From Candidatus Deferrimicrobiaceae bacterium (GTDB taxonomy: Bacteria; Desulfobacterota; Deferrimicrobia; Deferrimicrobiales; Deferrimicrobiaceae), in the NCBI GenBank assembly GCA_963792415.1, contig CAWBVY010000006.1, positions 718,113-782,112 of the forward strand: a stretch of 64,000 nt of DNA. The letters are read 5' to 3'. Under the pieces are notes generated by a model. The model saw only the letters and a program-made list of their open reading frames with translations, ran no database searches and had not been told where the DNA came from. This document shows, piece by piece, positions 19,424 through 28,149 of this stretch. The translations under genes and the position numbers were made by a program. How positions within the stretch are numbered: the stretch's first letter is position 1; each line of letters opens with the position of its first letter.

Positions 19424-20230
19424 ATGCCCGTCCCGCCGTTCCTCGCCGCCGCGCTGCAGTTCCGCATCGACGTTGCCGACGTCCCCTCGAACCGGGAGCG
19501 TGCGGTTCGCCTCATCGAGGAAGCCGCGAGGCGGGGCGCACGGCTTTGCGTGCTGCCGGAAATGTGGAGCACGGGCTTCGCGGAGGAGCGCCTTCTCCCG
19601 CTCTCCCGGACGACCCCGGAGGTCCTCCACGAACTTCGGTCGCTTGCCGCACGACTCAAGGTGATCGTCGCGGGATCCCTTCCGGAACGGGTCGGGCGTG
19701 GAGTGTACAACACCCTCTACGTCGTCAACAGTACGGGCGTCGTCACCGGAGAGTACCGGAAGGCGCACCTGTTCTCCCCCTCGGGGGAGGACCGCTGGTT
19801 CCGAAGGGGTGTTTCCTCGGCCGTCGTTCCCACCGACGCCGGAACCGTGGGCCCCCTCATCTGCTACGACCTCCGGTTCCCGGAACTTTCCCGGAAATAC
19901 TTCCTCGACGGTGCGGAAGTACTGTGCGTGTCGTCCCAGTGGCCTTCCGTCCGGCGCGCCCATTGGCGGATTCTCACGGTCGCCCGGGCGGTCGAAAGCC
20001 AGGCGTACGTCGTCGCGGCGAACGCCGTCGGACCGTCGGGCCCGTTCCAATACTCGGGCGACTCGGTGATCGTCTCCCCCGACGGCGAGCGCCTCGCCTC
20101 GGTCGGGGAGGAGGAAGGAATGGCCCTGGCGGCGATCGACCCGGCCGTCGTCCTGGAAAACCGAAGGAGGATCCCATGTCTGGCAGACCGGAACACCCGG
20201 GCATACCGGAAGACCCATCGGCCCGCGTGA
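19424..20230 (+). CDS. Carbon-nitrogen hydrolase family protein (nitrilase/omega-amidase-like)
   Basis: 268 aa; catalytic triad context LCVLPEMW (E), YRKAHLF (K), GPLICYDLRFPE (C). Confidence 0.85.
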   Translation: MPVPPFLAAALQFRIDVADVPSNRERAVRLIEEAARRGARLCVLPEMWSTGFAEERLLPLSRTTPEVLHELRSLAARLKVIVAGSLPERVGRGVYNTLYVVNSTGVVTGEYRKAHLFSPSGEDRWFRRGVSSAVVPTDAGTVGPLICYDLRFPELSRKYFLDGAEVLCVSSQWPSVRRAHWRILTVARAVESQAYVVAANAVGPSGPFQYSGDSVIVSPDGERLASVGEEEGMALAAIDPAVVLENRRRIPCLADRNTRAYRKTHRPA

Positions 20231-20751
20231 TCCCCCGCCGGGGCGTGCGGGCCCTCTGCGCGCGCCTCCGGGACGAGGGGAAGCGGATCGTCTTTACCAA
20301 CGGCTGCTTCGACCTCCTGCACGCCGGGCACGCGCAATATCTTCGGCGCGCGGCGGCGCTGGGCGACGTTCTCCTGGTGGGATTGAACAGCGACGCCTCC
20401 GTCCGCCGACTGAAGGGGGAGGGGCGACCGGTGCAGAGGGCCGCGGACCGGGCGTATCTTCTCGCCTCGCTTTCCTGCGTTTCCTACGTGACGATTTTCC
20501 CGGAGGACACCCCGGCACGGTTGATCGGGGAGGTGGTCCCGCACGTCCTCGTCAAGGGGGGCGACTGGAAGGGAAAGGAGATCGTGGGATCGGACGTGGT
20601 CCGCGCGCACGGCGGCGCCGTGAAGACGATCCGGTTCCTCCCCGGCCGCTCGACGACCTCGATCCTGGCGAGGGCGGCGGTTCTCAGGCGGAAGGGCCGC
20701 GGATCTTCCGGAGGGCGGACAGGAACGTCGCGATCTCCGCGCGCGTCGTGA
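20176..20751 (+). CDS. rfaE: D-glycero-beta-D-manno-heptose 1-phosphate adenylyltransferase (RfaE/HldE domain II, cytidylyltransferase fold)
   Basis: Start MSGRPE after GGAGG RBS; VFTNGCFDLLHAGHAQYL nucleotidyltransferase motif; 3' end overlaps convergent aminotransferase by ~68 bp. Confidence 0.8.
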   Translation: MSGRPEHPGIPEDPSARVIPRRGVRALCARLRDEGKRIVFTNGCFDLLHAGHAQYLRRAAALGDVLLVGLNSDASVRRLKGEGRPVQRAADRAYLLASLSCVSYVTIFPEDTPARLIGEVVPHVLVKGGDWKGKEIVGSDVVRAHGGAVKTIRFLPGRSTTSILARAAVLRRKGRGSSGGRTGTSRSPRAS

Positions 20752-21844
20752 AGGGGCCCGGGCTCACGCGCACGGTCCCGACGGGGAAGGTTCCGATCGC
20801 GCGGTGACCGTTCGGGGAGCAGTGCAATCCCGCCCGCACCAGCACGCGACTCCGCTTCTCAAGACGCACCCCGGCTTCCGCCGGGTCCATCCCCTCCACC
20901 CGGAACGACAACGCCGACCCACGGTGCGCCGGATCCGCAGGACCGTAGACCGTTACCCCGGGGATTCGCGACAACCCATGCAGCAGCTGGTCGACAAGGG
21001 CGACCTCCGCGCGGCGGATCGTCCCGACCCCCTTCCGCAGGAGCCACGCGAGAGAGACGGAAAGCCCGGCCACTCCCACGCTGTTCAACGTCCCGGACTC
21101 GAGGGCATCAGGGAAGAATTCCGGCTGGCGGTCGGACTCGGAGCGGCTCCCCGTCCCCCCCTCGATCAGCGGGACGACCGGAACCCCTTCCCGGACGAAG
21201 AGAAACCCGGTCCCCTGCGGCCCGAGAAGCCCCTTGTGGCCGGAGGCGGCCAGCAGGTCCACCGGCAGGGTGGAAAGGTCGATCGGCATGGCCCCCGCCG
21301 TCTGGGCGGCGTCGATCAGCGTCAGGATCCCGCGCTTTCGCGCTGCCGCGACGACGGCGTCCACCGGTTGCAGCGCCCCCGACACGTTCGAGGCGTGCAC
21401 CATGACGACCAGGCGCGTCTCCTTCCGGAACGCGGCGATCACGTCCCTCGCCTCCGTACCCCCGTCTTTTCCCGCAGGAACGACCGTGACGCGAACACCG
21501 GCCTCTTGCATCCGGCGCAGTGGCCGCATCACCGAGTTGTGCTCCACGGATGTGGTCACCACGTGGTCGCCCGGACGGAGCACCCCCTTGATCGCCTGGT
21601 TCAGCGCGACGGTGGCGTTTTCCGAAAAAACGAAGCGGGAGCTGTCGGCGCACCCGAACAGCTCGGCGAGACGCTCCCGCGCGACGAACAGGTCACGGGC
21701 GGAGCGGATGGAGAGGGCGTGCCCGGAGCGACCGGGGTTCCCGGCCCGCAGGATGGCTTCGCCCACCGCCTTCGCCACACCGGGGGGCTTGGGCAGGGAG
21801 GTCGCCGCGTTGTCGAGGTATATATACGGAACGGAACGGGGCAG
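20684..21844 (-). CDS. Class V aminotransferase, SufS/CsdA-like cysteine desulfurase (5' end uncertain: hypothesised CTG start)
   Basis: PLP-lysine motif SGHKGLLGP, active-site loop RAGLHCSPNG; conserved N-terminal IYLDNAATSLPKPPGV lies upstream of the first ATG (21778) with no ATG/GTG/TTG in frame before it. Confidence 0.75.
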   Translation of the reverse strand: MPRSVPYIYLDNAATSLPKPPGVAKAVGEAILRAGNPGRSGHALSIRSARDLFVARERLAELFGCADSSRFVFSENATVALNQAIKGVLRPGDHVVTTSVEHNSVMRPLRRMQEAGVRVTVVPAGKDGGTEARDVIAAFRKETRLVVMVHASNVSGALQPVDAVVAAARKRGILTLIDAAQTAGAMPIDLSTLPVDLLAASGHKGLLGPQGTGFLFVREGVPVVPLIEGGTGSRSESDRQPEFFPDALESGTLNSVGVAGLSVSLAWLLRKGVGTIRRAEVALVDQLLHGLSRIPGVTVYGPADPAHRGSALSFRVEGMDPAEAGVRLEKRSRVLVRAGLHCSPNGHRAIGTFPVGTVRVSPGPFTTRAEIATFLSALRKIRGPSA

Positions 21845-21845
21845 G

Positions 21846-23801
21846 TCAGGACTCCAGCGGGATGACGAGAACGAGGCCCGGATGGATCCGTTGGCTTTTC
21901 TTCAGCCGGTTCCGATCCGCGAGACTGTCGACCGTGACGCCGTAAACGCCCGCGATCTGGGTAAGGGTGTCCCCCTTGTTCACCTTGTAGCGCGTGGTCC
22001 GCTTCCGGACGCCCCGCGCCGCACCGTCGGAGGTAGACGAGTCCGCCGCCGATGCCTTCGGGACCGCCGTTTGCGCCGTGTGCGATCCCCCTGCTCCTGC
22101 TGTCCCGGGAAGGACGAGGTGCGTGCCGACCTTCAGTATCGACGTCGGCTTCAGTCCGTTCGCGCTCGCGAGATCCTTCATCCGGACCCCGTTCCTCTTC
22201 GCGATGCGCCCCAGCGTGTCCCCCTTCCGGACGATTACGGCATCCCCGGGATCGGGACGCCGCGCTCGCTTGACGCGCGACCTTCGGCCTCTATCATCCA
22301 CCCGCATGTGCGCCATCGTGAGGTGGTCCGGCGAAATCTCGGTCCCGGGAACCGTTTCCATCTCCATCAACCCGGTCACGGGGATGACGAGGCGGGCGGT
22401 GCGCCTGAGGGAATCCCGCTTCAGTCCGTTCAACTCCTTGAGGACCGGGACGGTGGTCTTGTACCGGTCGGCCAACGCCTGCAGCGTTTCCCCCCTGCGA
22501 ACGTTGTGCTGGAGAAAGGTGATCTTCGTCTGGGTTCGGAGCTCCTCCATCCGCTCCTCGGCGACCCGCGCCGCGTCGACGGAGAGCCGAAGATCGTAAT
22601 GCTCACGGTTCGGCGGTGTGCAGAACCGCCGAAGTTCCGGGTTCCAGTCGCGGACCGCCTCCACCGGGACCTCGAGAAGATTGGCCACCGCCGCCAGGTC
22701 GGTCCCTCCCGGCACCGTCACGGTGCGCAGATCCAGCGGCGCCTCGTAGGCGACATCGCCGAATCCGTATTTGTCGGGATCCTTGGCGATGGTCAGTGCC
22801 GCCAGCATCTTGGGGACGTAATCCTTCGTCTCCTGCTTCAAATAGCGGTGCCGGATGAGCTCGGAAAAATCATCGGACTTGTACCGGGCAACCGCCTTCT
22901 GGATCTTCCCCTCGCCGGCATTGTACGCGGCGGTCGCAAGCGGCCACGACTCGAACATCCCGTAGAGATCGCGAAGGTAGGAAGCGGCGGCGTGCGTCGA
23001 CTTCTCGGGGTCCCTCCGCTCGTCGGCCCACCAGTCGATGCGGAGACCGTACCTGCGCCCGGTTCCCGAGATGAACTGCCAGGGACCCGCCGCCCTCGCG
23101 ACGGAGTACGCCTTGGGGGAGAACCCGCTTTCGATCAGCGCGACATAGACGAGGTCCTCGGGGAGCCCGTACCGGACGAGGATCTTCTGCATCATGCCGG
23201 CGTATTTCCCTGAGCGGGACAGGTACAGTTCGAACTTCTCGCGTCCCCGGGTCTGGAAGTAGTGGATGAACTTATCGATCGGCCGGGTGATCCCGGAGAA
23301 GGCCCCCTCCTCCCCTTTCTCAAGCTCCATCGACGCGGTGGAGAAGAACTCTTCCCCCATCCCCTCCACCTCTTCCGGAACGTCCTCGAGGTTCTTCGTC
23401 ACCTGGAGGTCGACCTCGCGGGGGGAGAGGACCCGATCGGGAACTTTATCGGAAGGGGGCGCGACGAAAGAGGCCGCGGGGATGGGCGGGAGGCGGTACG
23501 GGACGGCAACGCGGACGGGGACCGCCCGGGCAGCTGGAATCCGCGCGGGAACCGGGGGAACCCAGGGCTCGGGAGCGACCGAAACGGCCACCGGGGCGCC
23601 CTGCGCGGACACCGAAAGGGGAACGGCCGTGGAGGCAGGCACGGTGCCCGGAGAACCTCCGCCCCTCGCGCCATCGGAAGGAGCCCCTGTTCCCGCCGCC
23701 GGCGGAATCGTTTCCGCAGTCTCCCCAAAAGACGGGATCGACGCGAACAGGAGAAGGAATCCCGCCGCCACGAAAACGCTCCTCACGACCCAGCCCCTCA
23801 A
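21846..23801 (-). CDS. mltD: Membrane-bound lytic murein transglycosylase D-like (SLT domain + 3 LysM repeats), secreted
   Basis: TTG start after GGAGGA RBS giving signal peptide MRGWVVRSVFVAAGFLLLFASIPSFG; SLT motif ESGFSPKAYSVARAAGPWQF; three LysM motifs. Confidence 0.8.
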   Translation of the reverse strand: MRGWVVRSVFVAAGFLLLFASIPSFGETAETIPPAAGTGAPSDGARGGGSPGTVPASTAVPLSVSAQGAPVAVSVAPEPWVPPVPARIPAARAVPVRVAVPYRLPPIPAASFVAPPSDKVPDRVLSPREVDLQVTKNLEDVPEEVEGMGEEFFSTASMELEKGEEGAFSGITRPIDKFIHYFQTRGREKFELYLSRSGKYAGMMQKILVRYGLPEDLVYVALIESGFSPKAYSVARAAGPWQFISGTGRRYGLRIDWWADERRDPEKSTHAAASYLRDLYGMFESWPLATAAYNAGEGKIQKAVARYKSDDFSELIRHRYLKQETKDYVPKMLAALTIAKDPDKYGFGDVAYEAPLDLRTVTVPGGTDLAAVANLLEVPVEAVRDWNPELRRFCTPPNREHYDLRLSVDAARVAEERMEELRTQTKITFLQHNVRRGETLQALADRYKTTVPVLKELNGLKRDSLRRTARLVIPVTGLMEMETVPGTEISPDHLTMAHMRVDDRGRRSRVKRARRPDPGDAVIVRKGDTLGRIAKRNGVRMKDLASANGLKPTSILKVGTHLVLPGTAGAGGSHTAQTAVPKASAADSSTSDGAARGVRKRTTRYKVNKGDTLTQIAGVYGVTVDSLADRNRLKKSQRIHPGLVLVIPLES

Positions 23802-23983
23802 TAAAATCCTCCCCCAAACAATATAACTGCCTATTCTGCTTGATGAATTCCTGCCTGTCAAGGCCTGTATCCGAGGCCTGACTCCGAAGAATCCGGCAAT
23901 CGGCCCCGGGGCGCCGCGATCCTGCCGGCCCTGTCGCATCTTATCGGCCGAGCAGGGGGAAAAATTCACTGCCGCCGAGATCC

Positions 23984-24245
23984 TCAGAGGGATACGATGT
24001 CGTACTCCCCGCCTGCGCGGGGGAGGTGGGCGGACAGCGGGAGCAACCGCGCCCGTGAAAGGATGCCCCGGGCACGGTCGCGATGATCGACGGGGATCCG
24101 GATCGCAAGCCCGCAATCGGAAGTGAGGCGACGGGGAACCGGGATCAGGCGCAACGGCACGCCACCCCCCTTCAACCGCTTCTCGGCCGACAGGACCTGG
24201 TGGGTGCCCCGGAAGATGAGGATCAGGACCGGATCCGGCGCGCGG
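23984..24245 (-). CDS. DUF3343-domain protein (putative Se/S carrier-like)
   Basis: C-terminal part of a longer track ORF; LILIFRGTHQVLSAEKRLKGGGVPLRLIPVPRRLTSDCGLAIRI matches the DUF3343 signature; start (TTG 24245) uncertain. Confidence 0.6.
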
Positions 24246-24504
24246 GTCAATGGCACCCCCTGGCTTCCGCAGATGATCGTGGCGCATCCCCCGCACACAG
24301 GCCGCAGAGGGATCTTCGCAGCGGAGTGTACGGCAGGAGAAAGTCCCTGTAAAGCGGGGGCGCTTTCAGGGACATCCCCGGCGGAAACCCGGGATGCGGG
24401 GAAAATGTTTCCCCTGGCCACAGCACGCAAACCGCGTCGTCGGCCGGTCGATACGGGCACGCGCACCGTCGCTTCATTTCCCGGAACCCGGTTATAATCA
24501 AAGG

Positions 24505-24792
24505 ATGACCAGCCCGGCCTTCTCCCTCCTGGCACAGACGCCATGGACCCTGATGGCTATCATCGGGGGCGCCGCGCTCACCGTGAACATCCCCCTGGGG
24601 TACGCCCGGGAGGGGTTCCGGAAATTCTCGTTCGGCTGGTTCGTCTGCGTCCACCTCTCCGTCCCTCTCATCGCCTGGCTTCGGCTCTCAAACCACGTGA
24701 GCGCGTGGGGGATCCCCGCCTTCGTCGCGTGCGCCGTGCTGGGGCAGATCGCGGGGGGAAAGGTCCGCCGGATCGCTCGGGGGCGGCCGTGA
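24505..24792 (+). CDS. Small membrane protein (about 3 TM helices, 95 aa), uncharacterised
   Basis: MTSPAFSLLAQTPWTLMAIIGGAALTV... hydrophobic helices; TATAAT hexamer 5 nt upstream of the ATG; alternative in-frame ATG at 24394. Confidence 0.5.
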   Translation: MTSPAFSLLAQTPWTLMAIIGGAALTVNIPLGYAREGFRKFSFGWFVCVHLSVPLIAWLRLSNHVSAWGIPAFVACAVLGQIAGGKVRRIARGRP

Positions 24793-25259
24793 GACGGAAA
24801 GACGCGGCGCCCCTGTCGTCGATCCTCGATGCGTTCCTCGAGTCGCTGCAGATCCCGCATGTCGCCTTCCTCGTATCGCTGCGGAAAAGGTGGCCGGAAA
24901 TCGCCGGCCCGCTGGTCTCGCGGAATGCCAGCCCTCTGTCGCTGCGGAACGGCGTCCTCACGGTCGTCGTGCGGAACCATGCGTGGGCGCAGGAGCTGCG
25001 GATGAGCAAGATCCCGATGATCGGGAGGATCCGGGAGACGGTGGGAGAAAGGATCCCGGTGAGCGACCTCCGGTTCACCGTGGGCCCCATCGCTTCGGTC
25101 GAAGAGGAGGAGGTGGCCGCGCCGGGCGAGGTGTCGCCGCACCCCCCCGGCCCCGATCCGGAAGGACTGTCCGCCGTCGCGGACCCGGAGACGCGCGAGA
25201 GCCTGCGCGCCCTCCACCGCCGTTCCCGCTCCCCAAAGGAAATTCCCTCGAAGTCGTAA
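24789..25259 (+). CDS. dciA: DUF721 / DciA-like protein
   Basis: GTG start overlapping upstream stop (GTGA); WPEIAGPLVSRNASPLSLRNGVLTVVVRNHAWAQELRMSK...DLRFTVGP matches DUF721. Confidence 0.65.
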   Translation: MRRKDAAPLSSILDAFLESLQIPHVAFLVSLRKRWPEIAGPLVSRNASPLSLRNGVLTVVVRNHAWAQELRMSKIPMIGRIRETVGERIPVSDLRFTVGPIASVEEEEVAAPGEVSPHPPGPDPEGLSAVADPETRESLRALHRRSRSPKEIPSKS

Positions 25260-25345
25260 CGCGGGTTCCTCGTGCCCTTTTGGAATTTCCCCGTCGGGGG
25301 TACCCACCGGCGCGACGCTCGTTGTGGGGAAGGAGTGGTGAAGCC

Positions 25346-26089
25346 CTACCCCGCGCGAAAGAGGCGGCAGATCCGCTCCACCTCCGGGCAATATTTCTCC
25401 TTCTCGCCATGCAGGAACAGCGGAGGCAGGAGACGGGGAATTCCGCTGCCGCCCCGGACCGCGCAGCAGAGTCCCCGGGACGGAGGCTCGCCGTCCCGGG
25501 GGTGCACCACCCGCAGGAACTCGACGCGCAACCCCTCCTTCGCGGCGCACGGTTCGATCTCGGAGAGGCGAGGATACGGCAAAATGAAGGCGAACCGGCC
25601 GGCCGCGGAAAGGAACCGGGACGCCGCCGCGAAGAGCTCCGGAAGCGCGCAGGTCACCTCGTGCCGCGCCGTCTCCTTCCCCGGATCCGGGTTTCGACGC
25701 CCGTGTCCCGCCCGGCCGTACGGAGGGTTCGACACGACCAGGTCGAACGAACCGGGTTCGACCCCGGGAATTGCCCCCCGAAAATCCCCGGGCACGGCGA
25801 CCAGGCGCCCGTCCGGGCAATTGTCGCGGAAATTCCGGCGCGCGAAATCGAGCAGATCTTCCTGGAGATCGACGCCGGTGCCGGCAAGCATCGCGGGGGC
25901 GAGGCGGGACAGGAGCAGCAGCAGAACCCCGCACCCCGTCCCAAGGTCGAGGACGGCGCCGCGGCAGAGGGGGGCGGCGAACCCCGCGAGAACCACGGAG
26001 TCGATCGAGAAGCGGTACCCCCGCTCCGGCTGCCGGATGATCAACCGGGGGAAATCGGTACCGGACAGCCCGCCGGGGTCATCGTTCAT
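25346..26089 (-). CDS. trmN6: tRNA1(Val) (adenine37-N6)-methyltransferase-like (TrmN6/YfiC family, NPPY amino-methyltransferase)
   Basis: 247 aa; SAM-binding LDLGTGCG, NPPY motif VVSNPPYG, overall YfiC-like layout. Confidence 0.75.
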   Translation of the reverse strand: MNDDPGGLSGTDFPRLIIRQPERGYRFSIDSVVLAGFAAPLCRGAVLDLGTGCGVLLLLLSRLAPAMLAGTGVDLQEDLLDFARRNFRDNCPDGRLVAVPGDFRGAIPGVEPGSFDLVVSNPPYGRAGHGRRNPDPGKETARHEVTCALPELFAAASRFLSAAGRFAFILPYPRLSEIEPCAAKEGLRVEFLRVVHPRDGEPPSRGLCCAVRGGSGIPRLLPPLFLHGEKEKYCPEVERICRLFRAG

Positions 26090-26101
26090 GAATCACGTTT
26101 C

Positions 26102-27430
26102 TTACCCCGGTACCCGGTCGTCGGCCCCCACGGGGAAGATGAGCAGGCCCGTTCCGATCTTCGGATAGAAGAAGGTCGACTTCTGCGGGAGGACGTGCCC
26201 GGAGAGGGAAACGTCGCGGAACTCGGGGATCGTCACCGCGTTCATGAAGAAGGCGGCCTGGAGCGCGCCGGCCGAAAGATCCTTCGCAACCTTGGCGGGC
26301 TCCTTGTAATACTTCACGAACTGCCCCGCCGTCACGGCCTCGGGGGAGATCCCGAGCAGCTGCTCCAGAAGGAACCCGTGGAGAAGGACGACGTCGAGCG
26401 GCCGCAGCTGCGGCGGGAACTTCGAAAGGAACTTGTCGCAGAATGCAGGCAGGTCCGGGAAGGTGGCCACGTGGTACCGGTTCCCGCCCGCGCTCCATGC
26501 GATCGCCTTCCCCGTCCGCCCCGCCTCCTCCACGGCGCGCATCGCCTCCTCCGGCGAACCGTCCCGGCTCTCCACCGGGAGGTGGGCGCGCACCTTCGCG
26601 AGAAAACCGTCCGCCGAGAAGCCCTCCACGGAGTGGATCCCGCGGTGCGTCGGCAGGATCACGATCCCTTCGTCGTCCATATTGCACAGGAACATCAGCA
26701 CGTGCTCATACGCGGCGTCCGGGCTCGCGCCGTGCTTCTTCCGCATCTCGTCCCGGAACGCCAGCGCGGTCTCGTACCGGTGGTGCCCGTCCGCGATGAA
26801 GACCCCCTTCCCCTTCATCCCCTCGACCGCCCCCAGGAGCGCCTTGGGGGTCGAAACGGTCCAGACCCGGTGTTTGACGCCCAGGTCGTCGACGGCGTCC
26901 ATGTCGGGCGCCGCGGCCATCGCGGAGCGCAGGCTCCTCAGAACCTCGTCCTTCGGGTCGGAGTAGAGCGCGAAGATCGGGCTCATATGGACGTCGGTCG
27001 CGCGCATCAGGGCGAGCCGGTCCTCCTTCGGCTTGGAGTGCGTCCGCTCGTGGGGGAACACCTCCCCTTCCCCGAACGCCGACAGCTTCAGGGCCCCGAG
27101 GAACCCCTTCCGCACAAAGGTCCTCTTCCCGGGGATCGGGAACTCCTGTTCGTAGTAGTAGAGGGACGGGAGGGTGTCGCGGACCAGGGTCCCCTCGGCG
27201 AGCCATTCCCGAAACCACGCGGCGGCGCGGGTGTATTTGTTACCGCCCGGGCCGTCGCCCTCCTTCGACATCCCGAAGTCGACCCAGGTGATGTTTTTCG
27301 GGTGGCGCCGGTGCAGTTCCTCCTGCTCCTCCGGAGAAATGACGTCGTACGGCGGCGCCACCACGCGGGTCAGGTCTCCCACGCGCTTCACGTCGTAATG
27401 GATCCCCCGGAACGGTTTTACTACGGCCAT
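26102..27430 (-). CDS. DUF1015-domain protein (uncharacterised conserved family)
   Basis: 442 aa, MAVVKPFRGIHYD... typical DUF1015 N-terminus; tightly packed between tsaC and trmN6. Confidence 0.8.
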   Translation of the reverse strand: MAVVKPFRGIHYDVKRVGDLTRVVAPPYDVISPEEQEELHRRHPKNITWVDFGMSKEGDGPGGNKYTRAAAWFREWLAEGTLVRDTLPSLYYYEQEFPIPGKRTFVRKGFLGALKLSAFGEGEVFPHERTHSKPKEDRLALMRATDVHMSPIFALYSDPKDEVLRSLRSAMAAAPDMDAVDDLGVKHRVWTVSTPKALLGAVEGMKGKGVFIADGHHRYETALAFRDEMRKKHGASPDAAYEHVLMFLCNMDDEGIVILPTHRGIHSVEGFSADGFLAKVRAHLPVESRDGSPEEAMRAVEEAGRTGKAIAWSAGGNRYHVATFPDLPAFCDKFLSKFPPQLRPLDVVLLHGFLLEQLLGISPEAVTAGQFVKYYKEPAKVAKDLSAGALQAAFFMNAVTIPEFRDVSLSGHVLPQKSTFFYPKIGTGLLIFPVGADDRVPG

Positions 27431-27434
27431 GGCG

Positions 27435-28124
27435 TCACCCTCTCTGAAGGAATTCGACGATGTCGTGAAACGGGAGAACCCCCTCCCTCAACAGGACCGG
27501 CAGGTCGTCGATCATCCGCACCACGGTGGACCCGGGGGAGTTCCCGGCGCCCTCCCGGCGCGCGTCACCGGACGGGGCTTTGCCCCCCCATAAGACCCAG
27601 TCGACCGCCCCGGTGAATTCCCGGACGATCTCCTCGGCGGACCCCCAGGCGCCGGGATTCCCGGACCGGTTGGCCGACGTCCCCGTGACCGCGCCGGAAA
27701 GCAGGGCCGCCAGCGCGCGCGGGACAGGGTGGTCCGGAACGCGCAGCCCCACCGTGTCCCCCCCGCCGGTCACGGCCGGGTGGACGCCCGGGCCCGCGGG
27801 AAGCACCAGCGTGAGAGCCCCGGGCCAGAACCGGCCCATGAGGCGGGCGGCGGCGGGCGGAACATGCCGCGCCCAGCGGTCGACCTGCTCCACCCCCGAC
27901 AGGAGCAGCGGGATCGGTTTCCCCCGGTCCCGCCCCTTGGCGGCGAGCAACCGGTTGAGCCCCGTTTCCGAACGCGGGTCGACGCCGAGTCCGTACAAGG
28001 TGTCGGTCGGAAAGATCGCCGCCCCCCCGGCGCGCAGCGAAGCGATCATCTCATCGGGGAAGGACGGCTTCGGAGCCGTCGGCCCGTTGGCACGATCGGC
28101 GTCCAGGAGGATCAGGCGCGTCAT
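27435..28124 (-). CDS. tsaC: L-threonylcarbamoyladenylate synthase (TsaC/YrdC)
   Basis: 229 aa; YrdC-domain motif AAIFPTDTLYGLGVD. Confidence 0.85.
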   Translation of the reverse strand: MTRLILLDADRANGPTAPKPSFPDEMIASLRAGGAAIFPTDTLYGLGVDPRSETGLNRLLAAKGRDRGKPIPLLLSGVEQVDRWARHVPPAAARLMGRFWPGALTLVLPAGPGVHPAVTGGGDTVGLRVPDHPVPRALAALLSGAVTGTSANRSGNPGAWGSAEEIVREFTGAVDWVLWGGKAPSGDARREGAGNSPGSTVVRMIDDLPVLLREGVLPFHDIVEFLQRG

Positions 28125-28149
28125 TCAGGGCATCCCCCGGGCCTGTGGA

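Noticed and set aside
23802-23983. Possible promoter TTGACA-N17-CAGAAT for mltD on the minus strand
   Set aside because: The -10 match is weak. It is plausible but not strong enough to list as a feature.
24247-24654. 135 aa minus-strand ORF upstream of DUF3343
   Set aside because: It is antisense to the small membrane protein gene and covers the divergent promoter region. There is no domain signal.
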